DNA from: an uncultured virus (IMG/VR IMGVR_UViG_3300035643_000181)
Lineage: Duplodnaviria; Heunggongvirae; Uroviricota; Caudoviricetes
DNA length: 20,000 nucleotides
IMG/VR virus record: IMGVR_UViG_3300035643_000181
Reading direction: 5' to 3' (one strand)
Shown here in pieces: positions 15,000 to 20,000 of this stretch; position 1 is the stretch's first letter, and each line of letters begins with the position of its first letter. The translations under genes and the position numbers were made by a program. Under the pieces are notes generated by a model. The model made no database searches, was not told where the DNA came from, and worked only from the letters and a program-made list of their open reading frames with translations.

Positions 15000-15390
15000 T
15001 TTCTTTAGAATTATGAGGCATACGGGAATGAAGCCACGCTTTAGGCATTACATTATGACAAGCTGACCGCTTGGCTTTCGGCTATGCTTTCATCAAGCTG
15101 GTTAGCTTATTCACCAAGTTGGCTTGTTCTTGTACCTAGTTGGAAACTAGGTCAGATATCCTGTTTTTTTATTCAATTTAGGATGATTCATATTCGCATT
15201 TTTTTAAATCATTGTCGAATATCTTATTAGATAATCTGCTGTATACAGTAATAGATATATTTTAAATTTGGGATTCATGCTAAGACATAATGTAAGCAAA
15301 TTCAAATTTTAGCTATAAATAAAGCTAAAATTTATAAAATTTTGGGTAGCAATTAGGTTTGGGATTAAAGATAGTTAGATGTGATGACGA
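15000..15390. promoter_or_regulatory. AT-rich intergenic region with several inverted repeats (promoter, origin or recombination-site candidate)
   Basis: Largest non-coding gap in the window; visibly AT-rich at 15160-15390; stems at 15060-15108, 15134-15152, 15239-15248 and 15304-15333. Confidence 0.65.
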
Positions 15391-15795
15391 TTACTTAATT
15401 TTCCGCTTTGAGTGAATTACCTTAAGGATAGCTTCTGCCTGGCTCTCGATTGCTTCAATTAACTCGGTATATTCGCCACTCTGAAGGGCTTCTTTAAGTG
15501 TCAAACCGCCGACTCGGAAGAAGCCAATGCTCGACTTCTCTCTGTCTTTCTCCGAGCTGTGCCGGGGCAGCCCGGCGATCCGGCCACCGACCTGGCGGAA
15601 CTCTATGAAGGGGTAATTCGCCAGGTCGACTTCAAATCTCCTCATGCCTTTGGCCTCTCCACCTTTATACCCGGTCTTCTGCAACTTCTGAGACAGACCG
15701 CATAAGGGACAAATGCAATAAATTAGCTTTGTCGGCGGTGGTTTCTGCCTGGCAGCCGGCTTCTTTGCCGCTTGAACCTGTTTTTTAGGAGGCAT
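15391..15795 (-). CDS. Basic hypothetical protein with CPLC motif
   Basis: 134 aa; Lys/Pro-rich N-terminus. Confidence 0.7.
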   Translation of the reverse strand: MPPKKQVQAAKKPAARQKPPPTKLIYCICPLCGLSQKLQKTGYKGGEAKGMRRFEVDLANYPFIEFRQVGGRIAGLPRHSSEKDREKSSIGFFRVGGLTLKEALQSGEYTELIEAIESQAEAILKVIHSKRKIK

Positions 15796-15830
15796 AGTTT
15801 ACCATGCTCTCTTACCTGTTTACTCTAAGA

Positions 15831-16958
15831 TTAACCAAAGAATGTCTGTTCCTCAAGAGCCTGGAGACTGGCTTCTCTTTTGGCATCCTCACTAATTCCT
15901 TTGGTGATTGTTTTCTTCTGTTCTGGTGAAAGAGCCGGCGGGGGTTGTTTAAGGATAGCAACTAAATCACCTCGTATGCCTTTAAGCTCCTCTAGGGCAC
16001 CCTTGAGTCCGGTGTGCATTATAGAATACTCATCTTTGGTTTCGGTATCAGCCAATTTTTTCTCCAGTCGGGCCTCCATAGTGAGCAGCTGCTGGTTTAA
16101 TCCCCTGATTTGTGTCTCAAGCGCCTCTTTCTCCTTTTGCTGTATCGATTCATTGAGCTTGGTTATCTGCTCGCGGAGGTCTTTAACCTGCTCATTTTCC
16201 CCGGCTCCCTTGCCAAGGTTGTCCAGTTTATCTCTGATGCCAGCGAGAAGCTCTTTAGTCGCAGCATCCATACCAAGGAGTTCTTTTATCTTAGCAAGCC
16301 TCTCAAGGTCATCTATTATGTCACCACGCTTGTTGCCACCGCCGGTCCATTCCTGTAGAGTGAGGAATTCCTCTCTCTTTTCCTTAAGGATATCCATGGC
16401 ACTACGTCTATCACCACCCTCCTGAGCTCTGGTTACTGCTTGCAAGACAGCGACATCCTGACCGGTCATACTTGCTCCCTCTTTGACTTGAAGTGAGCCA
16501 TCCGGAGCGAGCACAAAGGGACCCTCTTTGGTGTCCCTATCAGCTTTCTTCCTGGCCTCTATATCTGCCTTAATTTTAGCTGATAGCACCTCAGCTTCGC
16601 CCATATTGAGCGCATTGGGTTCGTCTGCCGTAGCTACCCTGATACTACCAGTGGACTGGTCAACAGAATATTTCTCAGACTTGTTACCATCTGGTGTTTT
16701 TTTGCCGCGTTCCATCTCGTCAGTTTGCTGTTTAAGTCTGGCCGCAACAGCTCGCTCTTCCTCAGTGAGTCTATCTACCTGGGCCAGTTGCGCCCTTTTA
16801 ACCGCCAGTTTCTCACTCTGCTCTATAACAGTCTCAAGTGAGCCCCCCGGAGTTGTTTTGGCAAACTTACCCACCCCAGGTAATTTGAGCACATCTACAG
16901 CATTAGGAAACTCCTTCCTCGGGGCTCCTTTGGGTTGGTTTTTCTTATCTGCACACAT
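15831..16958 (-). CDS. Coiled-coil-rich hypothetical protein
   Basis: 375 aa; heptad-like E/K/Q/L-rich stretches; coupled to the upstream stop (TAATG) with GAGGAGGAG. Confidence 0.85.
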   Translation of the reverse strand: MCADKKNQPKGAPRKEFPNAVDVLKLPGVGKFAKTTPGGSLETVIEQSEKLAVKRAQLAQVDRLTEEERAVAARLKQQTDEMERGKKTPDGNKSEKYSVDQSTGSIRVATADEPNALNMGEAEVLSAKIKADIEARKKADRDTKEGPFVLAPDGSLQVKEGASMTGQDVAVLQAVTRAQEGGDRRSAMDILKEKREEFLTLQEWTGGGNKRGDIIDDLERLAKIKELLGMDAATKELLAGIRDKLDNLGKGAGENEQVKDLREQITKLNESIQQKEKEALETQIRGLNQQLLTMEARLEKKLADTETKDEYSIMHTGLKGALEELKGIRGDLVAILKQPPPALSPEQKKTITKGISEDAKREASLQALEEQTFFG

Positions 16959-17590
16959 TACTCCTCCTCCTCTCCTATTGGCACGAGCATCAGCTTAAAC
17001 TTATAGTCGAGCTCGAACCGTTTTTGGGCATTCTCCCAATTCCAGGTTTCCAAGTCCACCTCGGGAGGAATGATTCCCTGTGCCTTGCCGGCATTAAAGA
17101 GGGTGAAGTATGCCGCCGGCTGGGTCATGGTGAAGGTAATGCCCTGCTCGGTAAACTTACTGCTATCGGGTGTCTCCGAGCCTTTGCCTACAGCCTCTGG
17201 TAGTCTTTCGACTTTGGGTATGATGCCTCTATTCATGGCATCCGTCACACTCGTAGCTATTACATCACCGGTATTCAGGTCTATTAGTTGAACATGGTGA
17301 CCTGTATTGTGTCTCAAGAGAGCCATACCCTCTGTAGATGTGGGCGGGGCAGTAACACCACAATCTATACATACCCAGGCTACGTCAGTTAAGTCCACCT
17401 CACTTTCGTTAAGCTTCTGTATTGTTTCGGGAGTCTTTTCTTTAGTTGGTGCTGTCTGCACTGTACCCTCCTTCTTATGAGCCATATAGATATGTGACCC
17501 CAAGCAGATAACCTTCTTCCCACATTGTGGACACTCTACTTTAGGTTTCTTACTCTTCTTTGTTTTTGGTTTCGAATCCTTTTCGTTCAT
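16958..17590 (-). CDS. C2H2-type Zn-finger protein (210 aa)
   Basis: Start reassigned to ATG 17590 behind GAGGTG; CPQC...HIYMAH and CIDC...HNTGH. Confidence 0.8.
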   Translation of the reverse strand: MNEKDSKPKTKKSKKPKVECPQCGKKVICLGSHIYMAHKKEGTVQTAPTKEKTPETIQKLNESEVDLTDVAWVCIDCGVTAPPTSTEGMALLRHNTGHHVQLIDLNTGDVIATSVTDAMNRGIIPKVERLPEAVGKGSETPDSSKFTEQGITFTMTQPAAYFTLFNAGKAQGIIPPEVDLETWNWENAQKRFELDYKFKLMLVPIGEEEE

Positions 17591-17602
17591 TCTGTACACC
17601 TC

Positions 17603-17680
17603 GCCAGAGTTTTTTACCAGAGTCAGTACCAAGGCTTTTGCCAAAGTATTTTGCCAGAGTAACTACTAGACCTCTGGCAA
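17603..17680. repeat. Periodic array of RCCARAGT-like 8-mers (12-13 bp period) ending in an inverted copy
   Basis: GCCAGAGT 17603, ACCAGAGT 17616, ACCAAGGC 17628, GCCAAAGT 17640, GCCAGAGT 17653, ACTAGACC 17665; inverted repeat TTGCCAGAG (17651-17659) / CTCTGGCAA (17672-17680). Confidence 0.75.
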
Positions 17681-17735
17681 TTTCCCAGGGCAACCGTTGT
17701 TGATATTTTTGAATCTCCTGAGCGGTAGTGAACCA

Positions 17736-17939
17736 TCATTTTTCTGCCTTTTCTACTTCTTCTCTACACAAAGCAGCAGTCAGTTCCAACTCTTTCAACA
17801 TTTCCTCTACTCCTATGTCATGGTTACTTATGCCAACTTTCCCATCCTTCACTAATATCAACAACACACCATCATACTCATCTTCTTGAACACTTTCACA
17901 CTTCTGACACTCGACCTTTATCCTAACCGACATAATCAC
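17736..17939 (-). CDS. Small acidic protein with CxxC
   Basis: RBS GGGAGGTG; the start may be the ATG two codons in. Confidence 0.65.
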   Translation of the reverse strand: MIMSVRIKVECQKCESVQEDEYDGVLLILVKDGKVGISNHDIGVEEMLKELELTAALCREEVEKAEK

Positions 17940-17945
17940 CTCCCG

Positions 17946-18173
17946 TTAGACCTGACTGCTACAGGCGAAACACTTAAAGTGTAGTCCTTTATTTTGTTTG
18001 TATACCTGAAACAGGCAGGTAGCCGAACAGTTCAAGGAAAAGGCAATGTAGTCTTCGAAAGTAGGCTTTTGAATGAGTCCCCGCTCATAGGCAATCTTAA
18101 TCAGAGCAGGTAATTTGGCATTCTCTTGTATACTGAGTAGGAACTTTTTCTCGACAACCTCTCCGTCTGCCAT
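17946..18173 (-). CDS. Hypothetical protein (possible RHH-like N-terminus, terminal CxxC)
   Basis: RBS GGAGGA; abuts the upstream stop. Confidence 0.6.
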   Translation of the reverse strand: MADGEVVEKKFLLSIQENAKLPALIKIAYERGLIQKPTFEDYIAFSLNCSATCLFQVYKQNKGLHFKCFACSSQV

Positions 18174-18461
18174 TTAATCCTCCCCACTTGGCGAAGCATG
18201 CTCAGTTATTTCTAATTCCCAGCGATAAACCGGCTCTGGTTGCCAACTTTTAGCTAATTTGGTAGCCATCTCTTCCGTCGTCGGTGTAATGCAGTAAATA
18301 GCCTGGGGAGAGTAGTACTGTGTAGTAAATTTCCCATCGGTCGGGATATCTACCCGGATAAATGTTGCTCCCCCTATCGCAGCTTCGGTAATCTTCCCTG
18401 CCATTCGCCGGTGACCCATTAGCTCCAGAATGGCCCACTCGTCAAACTTTGAATCTTGCAT
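18174..18461 (-). CDS. Conserved phage protein (WAILELMGHRR.AG...RVDIP...AIY.ITP.TEE)
   Basis: Widespread phage hypothetical motif; RBS GAGGA. Confidence 0.85.
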   Translation of the reverse strand: MQDSKFDEWAILELMGHRRMAGKITEAAIGGATFIRVDIPTDGKFTTQYYSPQAIYCITPTTEEMATKLAKSWQPEPVYRWELEITEHASPSGED

Positions 18462-18660
18462 AATCCTCCTTCAATCTGGGGTCTGGTTTACCATTTGCGT
18501 AACACCCCCCGACACAATGAGCAAGTGGTTTTCCCTCTGCCTCTGCTTTTTTTTGACAGTTGGGGCAGATGAAAGATTGAAACACCAGATCCCAATTTTC
18601 TGTGACCTTCCCGTCCTTAATAGGAGCTTCTGTATAACATAATTCACAAATTGGTTTCAT
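18442..18660 (-). CDS. Small Zn-finger protein
   Basis: CELC...CPNC...HCVGGC; overlaps both neighbours. Confidence 0.7.
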   Translation of the reverse strand: MKPICELCYTEAPIKDGKVTENWDLVFQSFICPNCQKKAEAEGKPLAHCVGGCYANGKPDPRLKEDYARFKV

Positions 18661-19342
18661 TCCAAGCCGTCCTTATGGTCTTCTTTTTGACTGTAGTAAA
18701 ACGTTCCAGTCGAGTGATTAACTCGAGAGTCTTATCCAGTGGCGGTTCGGGGAGCCGGTTACCATAGTTATCATAGCCCACCTCGACAATCTCAGGTTTG
18801 ATGTTTCTCATCATTAACACCATCATATTCATATCAAAATCAAGGATTGGCTCTATTGAGACGAACTTATGGGAATGATCTAAATTTGCCATGACAACAT
18901 AGCGGTCCCAAGGGATGGGCGACTTACTTAGTTTGTGGTCAATGTTACTCTCAATGGTGGTACCTAGGTAGAGATTCTCTGGTAGAGTAGATGGAGCGGA
19001 AGGGTAAATAAGTCCCCAGGTGGAATAAATGGCGGGGTTCTTGGTGCAAAAGAGGAAGTTAGTCTCCGGAAAGACCTCGATGGTATCCGCCAGGATGAAG
19101 CCAATCTCCTCTTTGGTAGCGAAAGAGATATCCCCCATGTAGCCAACCAGGATAAACTCTCCAGGGTGAAAACGTCGTTTCAGTTCCTCATTGATAAGAC
19201 GAGGGGTAAAGCCATCCTGGTAGCGCGACGAGTGTTTGAGACGTGTGAGGGCCATCCTTCGGGCATTACAGTAAGAACACTCAAAACGGCAGCCTTTGAA
19301 TACATTCCAAGTTCTGGTAACTGATTTAAACATTCGACTCAT
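18644..19342 (-). CDS. DUF5131 (phage Gp37/Gp68-like) radical SAM-type protein
   Basis: TWNVFKGCRFECSYCNAR (CxxxCxxC), MGDI, FLFCTKNP, NLYLGTTIE, FVSIEP. Confidence 0.88.
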   Translation of the reverse strand: MSRMFKSVTRTWNVFKGCRFECSYCNARRMALTRLKHSSRYQDGFTPRLINEELKRRFHPGEFILVGYMGDISFATKEEIGFILADTIEVFPETNFLFCTKNPAIYSTWGLIYPSAPSTLPENLYLGTTIESNIDHKLSKSPIPWDRYVVMANLDHSHKFVSIEPILDFDMNMMVLMMRNIKPEIVEVGYDNYGNRLPEPPLDKTLELITRLERFTTVKKKTIRTAWNETNL

Positions 19343-19350
19343 TGTTGTTT

Positions 19351-19392
19351 ATTATATCACATATTGACAAGCACTTCACATTTTGTTACTAT
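19351..19392. promoter_or_regulatory. Back-to-back divergent sigma70 promoters
   Basis: Minus strand: TGA-TATAAT (19359-19351), 8 nt before ATG 19342. Plus strand: TTGACA (19364-19369), 17 bp, TACTAT (19387-19392) with extended TG. Confidence 0.75.
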
Positions 19393-19404
19393 AACACCAT
19401 TGCT

Positions 19405-19953
19405 ATGACTTTGCAACCAGAAAAAATATTCGGTCATCGGTATTGTCTAAACTGCAAGGTAGAGATAACCTCTGGAGACTATTGCCCAAAATGTCAGACT
19501 CAGATTCGTCGCGATAATCGCCGCACTCTACATACCAAGGCACTAATGGATAAGGCCGCTGAGCTTGCCAGCCAGGGGTACCGGTGTCTCCTTATTGGGT
19601 TAAGCACCTTTCCCAAGCCAGATATTATCGGTATTAAAGGTGAGACAGTTGAGGCTTTCGATATCTTACTTAAAGGCTCCACCAAACCAAAATATGCTAA
19701 TAATGATGTCTTCGATAAGGTCACTCTGGTTGTGGTGCCACATGTAAAAGTGAAGGCGGTAAAAACTGAACTGAGGCAATCCAAGAGACGTTTAATACTA
19801 ATGAAATGTACCTACTGCGGTGGAGAGTTTACCCGCCCGCCATCTTGGATAAGGGTAAAAAGCGAGAACGTGTTCTGTAAGCGACCATGCTATCAACAGT
19901 GGCGGAAGGATAAAAAACTAAAGAAAGAGGAGGAGACAACAACTGATGGCTAA
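19405..19953 (+). CDS. Zn-finger plus PD-(D/E)xK-like nuclease-fold protein (182 aa)
   Basis: Start reassigned to ATG 19405, downstream of the promoter. CLNC..CPKC; H..L..KAA..L..QGY...PDIIGIK...AFDI; C-terminal CTYCG..F...FC...C. Confidence 0.65.
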   Translation: MTLQPEKIFGHRYCLNCKVEITSGDYCPKCQTQIRRDNRRTLHTKALMDKAAELASQGYRCLLIGLSTFPKPDIIGIKGETVEAFDILLKGSTKPKYANNDVFDKVTLVVVPHVKVKAVKTELRQSKRRLILMKCTYCGGEFTRPPSWIRVKSENVFCKRPCYQQWRKDKKLKKEEETTTDG

Positions 19954-20000
19954 AGAGTTTTGTCATGCCTGTGGTGGTGAGCATGAGCCTGATCCACCTG
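19946..20000 (+). CDS. Start of a further ORF (MAKEFCHACGGEHEPDPP...), truncated by window edge
   Basis: ATG overlapping the previous stop region, behind GAGGAGGAG. Confidence 0.6.
   Translation, partial: MAKEFCHACGGEHEPDPP

Larger units (their letters stand above)
1..20000. mobile_element. Part of a bacterial virus/prophage or plasmid/ICE-like element
   Basis: Dense small hypothetical ORFs in long co-oriented runs with overlapping stop/start codons; DUF2958, DUF5131, stand-alone beta clamp without dnaA/recF/gyrB, and a Zot/A32-like ATPase; no housekeeping synteny. No capsid, terminase, integrase or relaxase is recognisable, so the element class is not fixed. Confidence 0.85.

Noticed and set aside
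15074..15097. Hammerhead ribozyme (minus strand UUGAUGA...GAAA)
   Set aside because: The core reads UUGAUGA rather than CUGAUGA, stem II is poor, and I could not build stems I/III with a cleavage triplet.
3118..17291. Numerous + strand ORFs antisense to minus-strand genes (e.g. 4295-4711, 5050-5568, 12430-12846, 15880-16425, 16528-16998)
   Set aside because: Ser/Leu-rich antisense shadows fully overlapping better-supported genes.
17603..17680. Mini-CRISPR array
   Set aside because: Units are 8 bp with 4-5 bp spacers, far too short for CRISPR repeats and spacers.

Overview
Gene-dense fragment of a bacterial mobile element, most likely a virus/prophage and possibly a plasmid/ICE. It has strong AGGAGG RBSs, sigma70-type promoters, standard genetic code, and no rRNA, tRNA or CRISPR. 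Several ORFs resemble families I recall from Chloroflexota/Dehalococcoidia elements (unverified). Layout: (i) 1-4260, mixed-strand cluster of unknown genes with a partial HExxH metallopeptidase and an RHH regulator; (ii) 4261-5070, a Zot/A32-like P-loop ATPase; (iii) 5088-14983, a long leftward run of small early/accessory-type genes (DUF2958, a stand-alone PilD N-terminal domain, a transglutaminase-like protein, a DNA polymerase III beta clamp, many Zn-finger proteins, gene remnants) behind an AT-rich structured intergenic region (about 15000-15390); (iv) 15391-19342, a leftward block with a coiled-coil protein, a C2H2 protein behind a 12-13 bp periodic repeat array, and a DUF5131 radical SAM protein; (v) a divergent Zn-finger/PD-(D/E)xK-like gene. 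Most striking observation: a 19-21 aa CCCH module, W-C-x-V-C-[GA]-x-[DN]-[LM]-D-x-x-G-x-C-x(3-5)-H, occurs five times. It is always at a terminus of four otherwise dissimilar neighbouring proteins on both strands, and may be a shared addressing/assembly tag.
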